Positions 6,686-19,076 of a stretch of 28,378 bases of DNA are shown piece after piece. Numbering within the stretch: the first letter of the stretch is position 1; each line of letters starts with the position of its first letter. A program made the translations under genes and the position numbers. The notes under the pieces are model-generated. The model was not told the DNA's origin. It was given only the letters and a program-made list of their open reading frames with translations, and did no database searches. The stretch lies in assembly GCA_040220235.1 (NCBI GenBank), contig JAVJTO010000106.1. One strand, written 5' to 3'. This DNA is from Coleofasciculus sp. B1-GNL1-01. GTDB lineage: Bacteria > Cyanobacteriota > Cyanobacteriia > Cyanobacteriales > Coleofasciculaceae.

Positions 6686-8467
6686 CTACTCCTCAGAAAT
6701 TCTCAACTCGTGGATATTCCAGAACGCACCCCCTAAAGCCGAATACTCAATCCCCTCCACGCGATCGCGCACAGCCGTCATCGATAGCGGATTCACCAAA
6801 TAAATAAAAGGTAAGTGTTCTTTAATCAGGCGTTGGGCTTCACCATAAATGGCTTTGCGCTTCTGTTCATCTAACTCTTGAGACCCTTTAACATAGAGAT
6901 CATTAATCTCTTTCTCCCAAGGCGCAACTTCCCACCCTTGAATCTCCGGTTGACCAACCGTTGGTTTTTGATTAAAACTGTGCAATCCACCTTCCGTAGA
7001 CCAGACATTAGCACTATTATTCGGTTCTAATCCGCCACCGGAAAAACCCAGGAGATGACATTCCCAATCCAAGCTATTACTGAGTTTTTCCACTAAAGTA
7101 CTAAACGCAATCGGATTAAAATCCACTTGCATACCAATTTTCGCCAAATCTCGTTTAATTTGCGCTCCCATGGCTTCGCGCAGTTTATTCCCCGCATTGG
7201 TAATTAAGGTAAAACGCACTCGATTCCCTTGATCGTCGAGGAGTTGTCCTTCATCGTTATACTGGAAACCTGCGCTTAACAGTAATTCCTTGGCTTTGTC
7301 CCGATTATATTCGTAAATTGGCAGTCCCTCTTCTGGAGACAAATAATAAGGACTTTGTACCGGAAGATTGGAATACTGCGGTTCACCCAATCCCCGAAAC
7401 GAGTTATCAATCATCGTTCTTCGGTCAATCGCATAAGCCACTGCTTGTCTAAATTCCAAGGTATTGAACCAACGAGATTTCATCGGTTCAATTAAGGGTT
7501 CGCCATCTCGACTTCCTTTGTTCAGATTGAAGGAAATAAAACTAGAACTTAGGGTGGGACCGCCAACGTAAATATTAAAGTTACTGCGTTCCTCTTCCCG
7601 CTTAAGGAGGGAATAGAAATCCGGTGAGACACTAATCGCATCTAACCCACCAGAACGAAATTGCAAAAAGGCAGTATCGGTGGATTCAACAACTTCCCAG
7701 AAAAGGCGATTAATATAAGGTTGGGGTTGACCTTGAGGTCCCTTGCGCCAGTAATGGGGATTGCGGCGAAAGACTAAGCGTTGATTGGTATTGTAGCGAT
7801 CCAGTTGATAGGGTCCGTTGACAATAATTTTATCCGGGTCAGTATCCACCCCCCAAGTGGTCATAAACTTGGGTCTTCCTTCTTGGTCTTTCTCAGTTAC
7901 CGTATCCTTAAGGGCGTGGGCGGGTAAAATTGCCAGTCCTGTGGTGCGAAGAAAGGGCGCAAAGGGTTCGGGTGTGCTAAATTCAACTCGTCTTTGATCA
8001 AGTTTCCGCACGCTGGGAAAGCCGCGTGTTTCGCCAATTCTGAGAATGTCGCGAGTATCGGTAGGAATGTCTTCGTTGAGATAGATATCGTTATAGGTAA
8101 AGACGACATCATCAACCGTTAAAGGTTCTCCATCAGACCACTTTAATCCCTCTCGCAGGGTAAAAACAATCCGCTGTTGGTTATCGGAGATATCCCAAGA
8201 CTCAGCCAGAGAGGGTTCAATTTCTCCGGTGACACCATTTTCAGTTACCAGTCCCTCGTAGGTATACCCAAAAATATTCGGCGACTCCTGAGAGAGGGCG
8301 TAGTTAAAGGTTTTGGGATCACTGAGAATACTGGTGACAAGTTGTGAACCCTGGGCGGCTTCCGAAGTAAAGGTTGCAGGGTTACAGGCGGATAGTGCGA
8401 TCGCAATGATACAGGTCAGTAGACTCAGACACCAGCGACGCAAAGGAATATTTGCCAAGATAGTCAC
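6686..8467 (-). CDS. Peptide ABC transporter solute-binding lipoprotein (OppA/AppA/DppA-like, family 5)
   Basis: Lipobox LSAC after RRW plus hydrophobic stretch; SDPKTFN, LAESWDIS, FTLREGLKWSDGEPLTVDD. Confidence 0.92.
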   Translation of the reverse strand: MTILANIPLRRWCLSLLTCIIAIALSACNPATFTSEAAQGSQLVTSILSDPKTFNYALSQESPNIFGYTYEGLVTENGVTGEIEPSLAESWDISDNQQRIVFTLREGLKWSDGEPLTVDDVVFTYNDIYLNEDIPTDTRDILRIGETRGFPSVRKLDQRRVEFSTPEPFAPFLRTTGLAILPAHALKDTVTEKDQEGRPKFMTTWGVDTDPDKIIVNGPYQLDRYNTNQRLVFRRNPHYWRKGPQGQPQPYINRLFWEVVESTDTAFLQFRSGGLDAISVSPDFYSLLKREEERSNFNIYVGGPTLSSSFISFNLNKGSRDGEPLIEPMKSRWFNTLEFRQAVAYAIDRRTMIDNSFRGLGEPQYSNLPVQSPYYLSPEEGLPIYEYNRDKAKELLLSAGFQYNDEGQLLDDQGNRVRFTLITNAGNKLREAMGAQIKRDLAKIGMQVDFNPIAFSTLVEKLSNSLDWECHLLGFSGGGLEPNNSANVWSTEGGLHSFNQKPTVGQPEIQGWEVAPWEKEINDLYVKGSQELDEQKRKAIYGEAQRLIKEHLPFIYLVNPLSMTAVRDRVEGIEYSALGGAFWNIHELRISEE

Positions 8468-8507
8468 GAATCCTATTGAAAGCTTACACCCCTAATTTTA
8501 GGGCTAG

Positions 8508-8535
8508 GTAGAGACGTTGCATGTAACGTCTCGAC
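8508..8535. repeat. GTAG-family REP-like palindrome
   Basis: GTAGAGACGTTGCATGTAACGTCTCGAC; relatives at 14901 and 25527. Confidence 0.8.
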
Positions 8536-8841
8536 AACCCTGTTAGGCTTCAGCCATCCGCCTCACAACTGAAGGGGTGACAAGCTGTCTGAAACCCTTG
8601 ACAATGAGGCTTTGAGCGACATTAATATCTCCAAAGATGAAGCCTTATTGACAGATGAAAACCACAGCCATGAGATATATTCAAGCGAAGCGTTGTGCAG
8701 GGGGTATGGGGGAGGCACTCGTCCCCCATCGGGGGGTCTGGGGGGCTGGTCCCCCAGAGACAAACCTCTATCTTTGACCCTATCTGTGACGAGAAGAAAT
8801 GGGCTAAAAGCCAGATAGCTCAACACTCCAGCTAGCGTGTA

Positions 8842-11800
8842 TTAATCCTCATCCTCCTCATCCTCCAGATATTCCTCCGCCAACTCGTCAGAGTCCTCAT
8901 CCCCATCCATCAACGACTCAAAATCGCTGGTATCCTCTTCTTCCATACTGTACGCGCGAGCCGTGCGATCGTCTAGCACTTCTAAGGAATCATCTTGGTC
9001 GAATTCACTACTCTCATTCAGATCGCCAAAATCATACTCAGCACCGCCATTGGCGGAATCAGCATCGACACCACTGGTTGGATCTTCATAAGCGTTATAC
9101 CCGGTTCCGGCGGGAATCAGGCGACCAATAATCACGTTCTCCTTCAAACCCCGCAACCAATCGGATTTCCCTTCAATAGCCGCTTCAGTGAGGACGCGAG
9201 TAGTTTCCTGGAAGCTAGCGGCGGAGATGAAGCTATCCGTATTCAGTGAAGCTTTAGTAATCCCCAACAATACTGGCGTATATTGAGCCGGTGCGCCCCC
9301 AGTAATTGCCATGGCTTCATTCACGGTCTCAATTTGCCGTAACTCCACCAATTCTCCAGGTAGCATTGTGGTATCACCCCCATCATCAACCCGAACTTTC
9401 GAGGTCATCTGACGAACAATCACTTCGATATGCTTGTCCGAGATATCGATTCCCTGGGATTGATACACCGACTGGACTTCATTAACCAGAAAGGCTTGTG
9501 CGGCTTGTAGTCCTGCTAAAGCACCTTCATAGATTCCCTTTTCTTCCACGGTGAAATTAAAGAAAATCTCCAGAATCTCGTGGGGATTTGCCGGTCCATC
9601 TGTTAACGGTTGACCGACCTTAACAAACTGAGCATCAGAAACCATCGCGTTTTGTCCCGGACTCACCGGATAATCTGTAATCACCCCTTCCGGTTCAATC
9701 ACCTTGATATCAACGGTTTCATCTTCCTCATACACCACCTGCGTCTCACCGGGACGCCGGGCTAATACACAGGCTTCTTTGGGTTTACGGGCTTCTAGGA
9801 GTTCTTCAATCCGGGGTAGCCCTTGAATAATATCCCCTGTCTTTGCCCGCTCAAACACTAGCAGCACCAGGTTGTCACCCCGTTGCACCAAGTCTCCATT
9901 ATCAATTTGCAGCACCGCACCCGGAGAAACTCGATAAGGACGTGCGAGTCGCAACGTTACTGAGTCTTCGTTAACTTGGACAACTTGTCCGGATTCAGAG
10001 GCTTGCACATTGGCGGCGAGAAAATCAGTCTCCACGACTAAATCTCCCACCTTCACCTGAGGTGTGCCACTAATGGGAACGGTAATCCGATCCGCATCCC
10101 GAACCACCAGTACCCGGCGAATGGCTTCCACGCCTTCGCGAATCCCTCGGACTTCACCGGATTCTTTACACTGAATTTCGGTGCGGGCGACGACGTCTTT
10201 GGGCGCAATTTTATCCCCATCGTTAACCAACAGCCGAGTTTGGGTACTTCCCCCTAAGGGATCAGCGGAGGTATCGCGCCGGATCACCAACGATTCCAGG
10301 ATCACCAACTGCAACCGCATGTCCTCTGGATCATCCGACTCTTCGGCTGTGACTAATTCAATATCCGCTGAAAGCTGAGAAGCGGAATGATCGCCGTCGG
10401 ACTCCTGAGTCATGTCCAAAACGAGTTGAGTTCGCAGCAACTCTAGTCCTTCAACGGACTTAATCCGCTCTCCATCTTTGTAGGGTAGCCGCTGAATCGT
10501 CCGTAGCTCAATCCCGATCGCACTCTCGCCATCCGACTCACCACCCTCGGTAGAACCGTTGGCACTGTCGATGGAGGCTTGAGAGGGGACATCGGGTTCA
10601 TCGGGAATGTTAAACTCTACCACAGGTCTGAGCAGTAATGCCATGCCCTCTGGCGTCTCGGCGACTTCCCCATACCGCAGTTCTGCCACGCTTAACCCAG
10701 GGACAGGTTCTGTACCCGGATGTACCAGCTGACCTTCAGAGGCAAAGGCGTCGGGTACTTCATCCACCAAATGCAAGTCTCCGGGCTTAATCACAATTTC
10801 CCGCAGAATGTCATTCTTCTGCACAACTTCGACAATCCCTCCCGATTGGCAGAAGATATCTTTCACCACTTCTGTCCCGGCTTCCACATATTGACCGTCT
10901 TCCACTAGCAGCAACGAGATATCTTTATTAACCTCGTGGCATTCTTCGGGAATCCACAGCAGGGTGCCGCCTTTGGTGATTTCGTATCCTTGCTTGGCTT
11001 TACCGCGCTTAGCGACTTCTACGCCGCCATACTTAATAATCCCCCCAGTCTGGGTGCGATAGCGATCATCAACCAGCTCCGCTACCACTTGATTATTTAA
11101 CACTTTTGTGCCTGGGGTTGCCTTGAGCAAGAAGCGCTGGTTATTGGCGGTGTGAATCACATACTGTTCGCGACCCCCACTGCTTTCCATTCGCACCGCT
11201 GCTTGGTCTAGGCGTACTGACGCGGTGATGATGTCAATTTCCCGCTTACCAGGGGTCAGGCGCACTACACCACCGTTTTGGCTGACTAATTTGGTTTCTG
11301 CTAACACAGAACCCGGTTCCACGGCATCCCCGTTTCTGACCACGGGTTCGGCACCCGGAGGCAGGTTATACACCTCGCCTGATAACACCCACAACAAGCC
11401 ACCCCGCTGGGCAATGCGGGTCGTATTGCCTTGGCGATCGGTTTTTTCTTCGGGAATCAAGTCGGCAAACAGGACTTCTCCCGCCAAATCCGAGGCGACG
11501 TCTTTTGCGGCTTTTTCCGTAGATAGGCGAGATTTCCCTAACGCCACTTCTGCCAAAAGCTGTTCCGCTTTCACCTCTTGCCCATCGCTAACCAGGAGGA
11601 TGGAACCGGGCGTGACGGGAACCGTCTTGGCTTTCCCCTTATTGATGGGTTCCAGAATCAGTTCACCGGCGACTTCCACCTGTTCCCGCTCTTCCCCATG
11701 GCGGGTACGCACACCTCGGGTACGCAGACGGCTAGAAAAGCGGACAACGCCATCAAACGCCGCTGAGACTTGGCGGGCGACTTCCCCGGTGAATACTCCC

Positions 11801-12840
11801 CCGGTGTGGAATGTCCGCATGGTTAGCTGAGTTCCGGGTTCACCAATGGACTGAGCCGCAATAATACCCACGGCTTCGCCCAAGTCTACCATGTGTCCAT
11901 GTGCCAAACTCCAGCCGTAGCAATGCTGACAAACTGAGCGCGAGGCTTCACAGGTTAGGGGAGAGCGAACCATCAACTCTTCCACCTTCGCTTCGCCGAT
12001 GATGTCGGCTAAATCGTCGGAGATGGCTTGGTTCCGTTTGGCGATCACCTCTTTGGTTTTCGGATGCAGCACATCAGCGGCTAGGACTCGCCCCAAGAGA
12101 CGATCTTGTAGGGGAATCAGCACGCGATCGCCATCTGTCATCGCGGTTAGCTGGATGCCTCGGGTTGTCCCACAGTCCACTTCCCGGACAATCACATCCT
12201 GAGACACATCCACCAGACGTCGGGTCAGATACCCTGAGTCAGCCGTTCTCAGGGCGGTATCCACCAGTCCTTTCCGTGCCCCGTAACTGGAAATAATATA
12301 TTCGGTAACCGTTAACCCTTCCCGGAAATTGGTCTTGATCGGCAGGTCAATAATTTCCCCTTGCGGATCAGCCATTAGACCCCGCATCCCGACCAATTGG
12401 CGCACCTGAGACAGGTTTCCTCTTGCCCCAGAAAACGCCATCATATAGACCGAATTCAAGGGATCAGTTGCCTTGAAATTGACCACCACTTCATCTTTCA
12501 GGGCTTCCGACGTACTATTCCAGGTATCAATTACTTTCTGGAATCGTTCAACTTCGGTGATTTCCCCCCGACTGTAACGTGCTTCCGTGGCGCGAATCTG
12601 GGCTTCTGCCGCTTCTAGCATCTCCCGCTTTTTCGGCGGGACAAGTAGGTCATCGACACTAATTGAAACTCCCGCTTTGGTGGCATAGCGGAAGCCTAAA
12701 TCCTTCAGCTTGTCAGCCATCTGGGCGGTACGGGCGCTGCCATACTTGGTAAACGCCCAGGAAATCAGTTTTTTGAGCTGACCTTTATCAACGACTCGAT
12801 TGTAGAAAATCGATTCTTTTTGTCCTTTGTCATTCGTCAT
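8842..12840 (-). CDS. rpoC2: RNA polymerase beta' subunit (cyanobacterial RpoC2)
   Basis: [66 protein letters not shown]. Confidence 0.99.
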   Translation of the reverse strand: MTNDKGQKESIFYNRVVDKGQLKKLISWAFTKYGSARTAQMADKLKDLGFRYATKAGVSISVDDLLVPPKKREMLEAAEAQIRATEARYSRGEITEVERFQKVIDTWNSTSEALKDEVVVNFKATDPLNSVYMMAFSGARGNLSQVRQLVGMRGLMADPQGEIIDLPIKTNFREGLTVTEYIISSYGARKGLVDTALRTADSGYLTRRLVDVSQDVIVREVDCGTTRGIQLTAMTDGDRVLIPLQDRLLGRVLAADVLHPKTKEVIAKRNQAISDDLADIIGEAKVEELMVRSPLTCEASRSVCQHCYGWSLAHGHMVDLGEAVGIIAAQSIGEPGTQLTMRTFHTGGVFTGEVARQVSAAFDGVVRFSSRLRTRGVRTRHGEEREQVEVAGELILEPINKGKAKTVPVTPGSILLVSDGQEVKAEQLLAEVALGKSRLSTEKAAKDVASDLAGEVLFADLIPEEKTDRQGNTTRIAQRGGLLWVLSGEVYNLPPGAEPVVRNGDAVEPGSVLAETKLVSQNGGVVRLTPGKREIDIITASVRLDQAAVRMESSGGREQYVIHTANNQRFLLKATPGTKVLNNQVVAELVDDRYRTQTGGIIKYGGVEVAKRGKAKQGYEITKGGTLLWIPEECHEVNKDISLLLVEDGQYVEAGTEVVKDIFCQSGGIVEVVQKNDILREIVIKPGDLHLVDEVPDAFASEGQLVHPGTEPVPGLSVAELRYGEVAETPEGMALLLRPVVEFNIPDEPDVPSQASIDSANGSTEGGESDGESAIGIELRTIQRLPYKDGERIKSVEGLELLRTQLVLDMTQESDGDHSASQLSADIELVTAEESDDPEDMRLQLVILESLVIRRDTSADPLGGSTQTRLLVNDGDKIAPKDVVARTEIQCKESGEVRGIREGVEAIRRVLVVRDADRITVPISGTPQVKVGDLVVETDFLAANVQASESGQVVQVNEDSVTLRLARPYRVSPGAVLQIDNGDLVQRGDNLVLLVFERAKTGDIIQGLPRIEELLEARKPKEACVLARRPGETQVVYEEDETVDIKVIEPEGVITDYPVSPGQNAMVSDAQFVKVGQPLTDGPANPHEILEIFFNFTVEEKGIYEGALAGLQAAQAFLVNEVQSVYQSQGIDISDKHIEVIVRQMTSKVRVDDGGDTTMLPGELVELRQIETVNEAMAITGGAPAQYTPVLLGITKASLNTDSFISAASFQETTRVLTEAAIEGKSDWLRGLKENVIIGRLIPAGTGYNAYEDPTSGVDADSANGGAEYDFGDLNESSEFDQDDSLEVLDDRTARAYSMEEEDTSDFESLMDGDEDSDELAEEYLEDEEDED

Positions 12841-12885
12841 TTGTCATTCGTCCTTGGTGATTCGTCCTGGGTGATTCGTCCTGGG
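12819..12885. repeat. Heptamer tandem repeat (TT(T/C)GTC(A/C)-type) overlapping the rpoC2 start
   Basis: TTTGTCC TTTGTCA TTCGTCA TTTGTCA TTCGTCC followed by (T/G)GGTGATTCGTCCT x2. Confidence 0.8.
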
Positions 12886-12892
12886 TTTTGGT

Positions 12893-14776
12893 TCAGGTAA
12901 TCATCAGGGCATCTTGAATGGCTTTGTTGTAAATAATCCGACCTGGTGTCGTGCGAACGTACTGCGAAATCAGTTCTCCATCTGCCGTTTCTCGGACGCG
13001 GCGGTCTTTATAGACTTTCGTCACCGTCCCATCCGAAGAGGTTTCTGAGGAAATCACCTGCCCATCCTCCGACTTGCCTGCCTGAATCTTGCCATCGAAA
13101 CGCACCCAGACGTAAGCATGTAACTCAACTTGCTGGTGTTCAAAGGCGCGGATGGCATCATCCAACGAAGCAAAATAGCGACCCTCTCCTTTTTTGGCAT
13201 GGGGATTTTCGGCGGTAAGGTAATAGCAACCCAACACCATGTCCTGACTGGGTGCGACAATCGGACGTCCTGTTGCTGGAGAGAGAATATTATTGGACGC
13301 CAACATTAACAATCGGGCTTCGGCTTGGGATTCCAAAGACAAGGGAACGTGAACCGCCATCTGGTCACCGTCAAAGTCCGCGTTAAAGGCAGGACAGACT
13401 AAGGGGTGAAGTTGAATAGCGCGACCTTCAACCAAAATTGGTTCAAAGGATTGAATCCCTAGGCGGTGCAGTGTTGGCGCTCGGTTGAGCAAGACGGGAT
13501 GACCGGCAATCACTTCTTCTAGCACGTCCCAAACGCTGGCATCACCGCGCTGAATCAGTTTTTTGGCGGCTTTAATGTTATTCACTAACCCTTGACTAAT
13601 CAGGCGATGGATCACAAAGGGTTGAAACAGTTCAATCGCCATTTCGCGGGGTAAACCGCACTGGTGAATTTTCAGATTCGGACCGACGACAATTACCGAA
13701 CGTCCGGAGTAATCCACCCGTTTCCCCAGCAGGTTTTGGCGGAATCGACCCTGTTTCCCTTCAATAATGTCCGACAATGACTTTAATGCCCGATTATTCG
13801 CACCCACCACCGTGCGTCCTCGGCGTCCATTATCAATCAGCGCATCAACCGCTTCTTGCAGCATCCGCTTTTCGTTGCGGACAATAATTTCTGGGGCGAG
13901 GATTTCCTGGAGGCGTGCCAAGCGATTATTGCGGTTGATCACCCGGCGATACAAGTCATTCAAGTCTGAAGTCGCAAAGCGTCCACCATCGAGCTGAACC
14001 ATGGGACGCAGATCCGGCGGGATGACCGGAATCACCGTCAGCACCATCCACTCGGCTTGCGACCCGGTGGCGATAAAGTTATCAATTACCCGCAGTCGCT
14101 TAATCAGCTTTGCCCGCTTTTGACCTTTGGCGTTGCTGATGTCCTCGCGCAGTTTTTCGGCTTCGTTGTCTAAGTTGACATCTTGCAAGAGTCGTTGTAG
14201 AGCTTCTGCACCAATGCCCACTTCTACGCCATTGAGTTCGGAGTCTTCACTGTAAAGTTGCTCCTCAATTTCCAGCCATTGGTCTTCAGTCAATAGCTGT
14301 TTATAGCTGAGATTTTCAGCATTCCCTGGACTCAGAACAACATAAGCATTGAAATAAACAATCTGCTCGACATCCCGCAACGGCATATCCAAGAGAATAC
14401 TCAGGTAACTGGGAATTCCTTTGAGATACCAAACATGCGCCACAGGCGCCGCCAGTTTAATGAACCCCATGCGATGTCGTCGTACCCGCGACTCGGTGAC
14501 TTCCACGCCGCAGCGTTCACAGACAATCCCGCGATGGCGAACTCGTTTATATTTACCGCAGTGACATTCCCAGTCTTTGGCTGGACCAAAAATCCGCTCA
14601 CAAAATAGCCCGTCCATTTCGGGTTTGAGCGTGCGATAGTTAATCGTTTCCGGTTTTGTCACTTCCCCTACCACTTGACCATTGGGTAGGGTGCGTTCTC
14701 CCCAAGTACGGATGCGCTCTGGAGAGGCGATACCAATTTTTACGTAGTCAAAGCGTTGTTCTTGTTGCTGTTTCAT
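12893..14776 (-). CDS. rpoC1: RNA polymerase gamma subunit
   Basis: NADFDGDQM catalytic motif, Zn finger CHCGKYK...CERC. Confidence 0.99.
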   Translation of the reverse strand: MKQQQEQRFDYVKIGIASPERIRTWGERTLPNGQVVGEVTKPETINYRTLKPEMDGLFCERIFGPAKDWECHCGKYKRVRHRGIVCERCGVEVTESRVRRHRMGFIKLAAPVAHVWYLKGIPSYLSILLDMPLRDVEQIVYFNAYVVLSPGNAENLSYKQLLTEDQWLEIEEQLYSEDSELNGVEVGIGAEALQRLLQDVNLDNEAEKLREDISNAKGQKRAKLIKRLRVIDNFIATGSQAEWMVLTVIPVIPPDLRPMVQLDGGRFATSDLNDLYRRVINRNNRLARLQEILAPEIIVRNEKRMLQEAVDALIDNGRRGRTVVGANNRALKSLSDIIEGKQGRFRQNLLGKRVDYSGRSVIVVGPNLKIHQCGLPREMAIELFQPFVIHRLISQGLVNNIKAAKKLIQRGDASVWDVLEEVIAGHPVLLNRAPTLHRLGIQSFEPILVEGRAIQLHPLVCPAFNADFDGDQMAVHVPLSLESQAEARLLMLASNNILSPATGRPIVAPSQDMVLGCYYLTAENPHAKKGEGRYFASLDDAIRAFEHQQVELHAYVWVRFDGKIQAGKSEDGQVISSETSSDGTVTKVYKDRRVRETADGELISQYVRTTPGRIIYNKAIQDALMIT

Positions 14777-14797
14777 CGTCCAGGGTTTTTAGGGTTT

Positions 14798-14928
14798 CAG
14801 ACGTGCCATGGCGCGTCTTGAATTTTGAATGGGTAGGGGCGGGTTTGACGACTATCGTGTTTGATTCACCCAGATGTAACTCAACCCGCCTCGACTGGGT
14901 GTAGAGACGTTGTAAGCAACGTCTCTAC
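14798..14928. repeat. Cluster of three REP-like hairpins in the rpoB-rpoC1 spacer
   Basis: AGACGTGCCATGGCGCGTCT; GTAGGGGCGGGTT...AACCCGCC; GTAGAGACGTTGTAAGCAACGTCTCTAC. Confidence 0.75.
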
Positions 14929-14948
14929 ATTATTCAACGAGAGAGACC

Positions 14949-17900
14949 TTATGTCTCTTCTTCTTGAAATTCCTCACTGCGGAGAGATTCATAAGTGGGT
15001 CGGCTGGGGGTACGACGGCGATCGCCATCTGCCATTAAATCGACTTCTAAGTCACGGCTAGAGCCATCGTCATCCGTTTCGACTTTGTGAACGGCAATAT
15101 CCAGTCCCAAGGATTGAAGTTCTCGCATCAACACCTTAAAGGATTCTGGCGTACCGGGTCGCGGAATTGCCTTGCCTTTAACAATGGCGTTGAGGGCTTC
15201 GTTACGACCTTGCATATCGTCTGATTTCACGGTGAGTAACTCTTGCAGGGTATAAGCCGCGCCAAAAGCTTCCAATGCCCAAACTTCCATTTCACCAAAT
15301 CGTTGACCGCCCTGCTGCGCCTTACCACCCAACGGTTGCTGAGTAACCAGGGAATAAGGTCCGGTGGAACGAGCATGAATCTTATCATCGACCAAGTGAA
15401 CCAGTTTTAACATGTAGGCGATACCGATTGTCACCGGACGATCAAAGGGTTCACCCGTGCGACCGTCAAACACCTGAATTTTACCGGGATTGTCTGGATC
15501 AAATACCCAATCTTGTCCCGTTTCTTCCCGCGCTTGCTGAAGTTTGCCATGAACAGTCAGCCGGGATGCTTCTTCCCCATACATTTCATCAAAGGGAATC
15601 ATTTTAAAGCGCAGGTCTAAGTTTTCACCCGCCCATCCCAGTAAACATTCAAAGACTTGACCGACATTCATCCGACTGGGAACGCCCAAGGGATTGAGAA
15701 TAATGTCGAGGGGAGTGCCATCAGGGAGGTAGGGCATATCTTCCATCGGCAGAATCCGGGAAATAATCCCCTTATTGCCGTGACGACCTGCCATTTTATC
15801 ACCCACCTGAATCTTGCGCTTCTGTGCCACATAGACGCGCACCACCATGTTGGCACCAGGGGGAAGTTCATCCCCTTGTTCACGGGTAAAGATGCGGACA
15901 TCCACAACCCGACCTTTTTCGCCGTTGGGAACGCGCAAGGAGTTGTCCCGCACATCCCGGGCTTTTTCCCCGAAAATCGCCCGCAGCAGTTTTTCTTCGG
16001 GGGGTTGATCTGATTCCCCTTTGGGGGTGACTTTCCCGACGAGAATGTCTCCGGCTTCTACCCACGCCCCGATCCGAATAATTCCTTGTTCGTCGAGTTG
16101 GCGCAGCGAATCTTCCCCCACGTTGGGAATTTCACGGGTGATTTCTTCGGGTCCGAGTTTGGTTTGTCGGGCTTCAATTTCGTATTTTTCAATGTGAATA
16201 CTGGTGTACACATCATCCAACACCAGTCGTTCACTAATCAGGATGGCGTCTTCGTAGTTGTAGCCTTCCCAAGGCATATATGCCACCAGAATGTTCTGCC
16301 CTAATGCCAGTTCTCCCCCTTCAGTGGCTGAACCGTCAGCTAGGATTTGACCGGCTTCCACGTCATCCCCGTAGAAGACTAACGGACGCTGATTTAAGCA
16401 GGTGTCTTGGTTAGACCGCTGATATTTCTGGAGTTCATACTCGATGATTTCTGGTTCGCTCGTCTGTTCTGTCTCTAGGCTGTCTCCGGGCAAGGCGGGG
16501 GTGCTGGGAGCCGTTTGGACGCGGATTTTGGTGGCATCCACATAAACAACCTCACCCGCTTTGCGTGAGACAATCACCATCCCTGAATCTCGTGCGGCTT
16601 GGGCTTCCAAGCCTGTACCCACTAAGGGGCGTTCTGGACGCAACAAGGGGACGGCTTGCCGTTGCATGTTGGAACCCATCAGGGCGCGGTTGGCGTCGTC
16701 ATGTTCCAGGAAGGGAATGAGTGAGGTTGCCACGGAGATAATTTGTACCGGAGAGACCGCCACAAAGTCTACTTGATCCGGGGTGGTGGTGGTGAATTCT
16801 TGGCGATAGCGCACGGGAACCGATTCGCCCAAGATATAACCATTTTCATCCATGGGGATGTCACCGGGAGCAACGCGCAAGTCGTCCTCTTCATCAGCAG
16901 TCATGTAAAGCGGTGCTTTGTCTTTAATCACCCGCCCGTTTTCTACGGGGTACGAGGGGGTTTCAATAAAGCCGTAGGCGTTAACTCGTGCATGGGTGGC
17001 TAAGGAACCAATTAGACCAGCGTTGGGTCCTTCGGGCGTCTCAATGGGGCAAATCCGTCCATAGTGCGAGGGGTGAATATCCCGCACCGCAAACCCCGCC
17101 CGTTCACGGGTTAAGCCACCCGGTCCAAGGGCAGATAAACGGCGTTTGTGGGTTAACTCAGCTAGGGGATTGGTCTGATCCATGAATTGGGATAGCTGAG
17201 ATGAGCCAAAGAATTCTTTAATCGCCGCGACTAGGGGTTTGGGGTTGACCAAGGAGGCGGGGGTTAGGGTATCGGAATCAGAAACGGTCATCCGTTCCCG
17301 AATAATCCGTTCTAAACGATTCAATCCCACCCGCACCTGGTTTTGCAGCAGTTCACCCACGGAACGCACCCGACGGTTCCCCAAGTGGTCGATATCGTCG
17401 GTGCTGCCAATATCAAATTCCAGGTTGATCAGGTAATCGATCGCGCCCATGATATCTTGGGGCGTCAGCACCCGAATTGTATCAGCCACATTTAGGCGCA
17501 ACTTGCGGTTAATTTTGTAGCGACCGACACGACCGAGATCGTACCGTTTGGCGTCGAAAAAGCGTGAGTCTAATAACTGCTGACCGCCGCTGACTGTCGG
17601 CGGTTCACCTGGACGGAGCTTGCGATATAGCTCCATCAGAGCTTCTTCTTCACTGGGATTGCCTTCTTTGTCTAAGGTCTTTTGATAATAATCGGGGTGA
17701 CGCAGGGCATCGATAATTTCGTTGTCCGAGAGTCCCAGGGCTTTTAAGAGAACTTGGGCAGACAGTTTCCGGGTTTTGTCGATACGAACCCAGACTAAAT
17801 CATTTTTGTCGGTTTCAAATTTTAACCATGCGCCTCGGTTGGGAATTAACGAAGCGGAGTAGGTGCGGCGTCCGTTTTTGTCGATTTCCGACTTGTAGTA

Positions 17901-18299
17901 GACGCCGGGACTGCGGACAATTTGATTGACAATGACCCGCTCGGCACCATTAATAATAAACGTACCGCGATCGGTCATCAGGGGCAGATCGCCAATAAAG
18001 ACTTCTTGCTCTTTAATCTCACCTGTCTCTTTGTTGATCAGGCGAGTGGGGACATACATTTGCACCGCATAAGTGCTGTCTCGCCGCTTGGCTTCATCCA
18101 CATCGTATTTAGGGCGCTTGAGCTTATAGTCTTTGCCGATAAAGTGGAGTTCCAGCTTACCTGTGTAGTCACTAATCGGTGAGAAGCTGTCAAGTTCTTC
18201 AATTAACCCTTCTTCAAGAAACCAGCGAAAACTGGCTCGCTGAATTTCAACTAGGTCTGGTAATAGATAGGTGGGAGTTGTATAAGTTTGAGTCGTCAT
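14949..18299 (-). CDS. rpoB: RNA polymerase beta subunit
   Basis: [43 protein letters not shown]. Confidence 0.99.
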   Translation of the reverse strand: MTTQTYTTPTYLLPDLVEIQRASFRWFLEEGLIEELDSFSPISDYTGKLELHFIGKDYKLKRPKYDVDEAKRRDSTYAVQMYVPTRLINKETGEIKEQEVFIGDLPLMTDRGTFIINGAERVIVNQIVRSPGVYYKSEIDKNGRRTYSASLIPNRGAWLKFETDKNDLVWVRIDKTRKLSAQVLLKALGLSDNEIIDALRHPDYYQKTLDKEGNPSEEEALMELYRKLRPGEPPTVSGGQQLLDSRFFDAKRYDLGRVGRYKINRKLRLNVADTIRVLTPQDIMGAIDYLINLEFDIGSTDDIDHLGNRRVRSVGELLQNQVRVGLNRLERIIRERMTVSDSDTLTPASLVNPKPLVAAIKEFFGSSQLSQFMDQTNPLAELTHKRRLSALGPGGLTRERAGFAVRDIHPSHYGRICPIETPEGPNAGLIGSLATHARVNAYGFIETPSYPVENGRVIKDKAPLYMTADEEDDLRVAPGDIPMDENGYILGESVPVRYRQEFTTTTPDQVDFVAVSPVQIISVATSLIPFLEHDDANRALMGSNMQRQAVPLLRPERPLVGTGLEAQAARDSGMVIVSRKAGEVVYVDATKIRVQTAPSTPALPGDSLETEQTSEPEIIEYELQKYQRSNQDTCLNQRPLVFYGDDVEAGQILADGSATEGGELALGQNILVAYMPWEGYNYEDAILISERLVLDDVYTSIHIEKYEIEARQTKLGPEEITREIPNVGEDSLRQLDEQGIIRIGAWVEAGDILVGKVTPKGESDQPPEEKLLRAIFGEKARDVRDNSLRVPNGEKGRVVDVRIFTREQGDELPPGANMVVRVYVAQKRKIQVGDKMAGRHGNKGIISRILPMEDMPYLPDGTPLDIILNPLGVPSRMNVGQVFECLLGWAGENLDLRFKMIPFDEMYGEEASRLTVHGKLQQAREETGQDWVFDPDNPGKIQVFDGRTGEPFDRPVTIGIAYMLKLVHLVDDKIHARSTGPYSLVTQQPLGGKAQQGGQRFGEMEVWALEAFGAAYTLQELLTVKSDDMQGRNEALNAIVKGKAIPRPGTPESFKVLMRELQSLGLDIAVHKVETDDDGSSRDLEVDLMADGDRRRTPSRPTYESLRSEEFQEEET

Positions 18300-18751
18300 G
18301 CTTTTCCTTCTGGAGAGGGTGAATCAGCGTCAGGATGGGCTTCACAGCCAAGGTAGAGGCAGAATTTGCTCCTCTAGTCAGCGATCCTGAGCAATACGAT
18401 AGTATGATTGGCTATATCCATCGGGGTAGATACCAGTCAGCGTCTAGCGCTGCCAAGCCGAGAATTTTTACCTCAAAGAAGCAATAAGAGAGTCTGAGGA
18501 TAATAACGACTGTCTTAATAATCGGCGGGAGCGTTTTAATGATAATGATGATACAGGGCTTGATCTACAATGAGATAGAATCGGCGGCATCTTCTCCTCG
18601 TGGGCAGTTGGGCATCAATTAAGGATTGTTTCGGGGTAGGCAGTGATGGCGGGATAAAACTTGAGAAAATTTTATACATAGTAACTCTTCTTAATCAATT
18701 ATGGCGCAAGCCCAACGGGATTTACCTGTTTGCCACTCCTTTTTTGGCTTT

Positions 18752-18813
18752 AGGGGAAGATGGGGGAGATGGGGAAGATGGGGGAGATGGGGAAGATGGG
18801 GGAGATGGGGAAG
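18752..18813. repeat. 9/18-bp tandem repeat GGGGAAGATGGGGGAGAT
   Basis: About 3.5 copies of the 18-mer. Confidence 0.85.
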
Positions 18814-18967
18814 TAATAGACTGACATAGTTGAAAACGTAATCATTGAACCCAAACCCCCATTTTTTGACCTAACCCTAGGCTCATCGGGCATAATAAAT
18901 TTTATGGTTGGCGATCGCGAACTGGTGTTCTAGTGCGTCCTGGCAGAAATAACTGAACAGCTAACAT

Positions 18968-19033
18968 CTCCCCCTGCTCCCTCTGCTCCCCCTGCTCCCT
19001 CTGCTCCCTCTGCTCCCCCTGCTCTCCCTGCTT
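18968..19033. repeat. 9-bp tandem repeat CCC(C/T)CTGCT
   Basis: About 7 copies visible. Confidence 0.85.
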
Positions 19034-19076
19034 CATCGTATCTACGAAGCTGCTCAAGTATTTTTGCCGCGCGGCA

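Noticed and set aside
8995..18182. Many antisense or alternate-frame ORFs within rpoB, rpoC1 and rpoC2 (e.g. 11225..11830)
   Set aside because: Shadows of long conserved genes with no independent evidence.
8842..18299. Inteins or introns in the RNA polymerase genes
   Set aside because: Lengths are typical (1116, 627, 1332 aa) and no splicing motifs were seen.
18300..19076. Long tatD-rpoB spacer as an ncRNA or small genes (18600..18824, 18902..19087)
   Set aside because: The ORFs are driven by 9-bp tandem repeats, and I could not identify a convincing RNA structure by eye.
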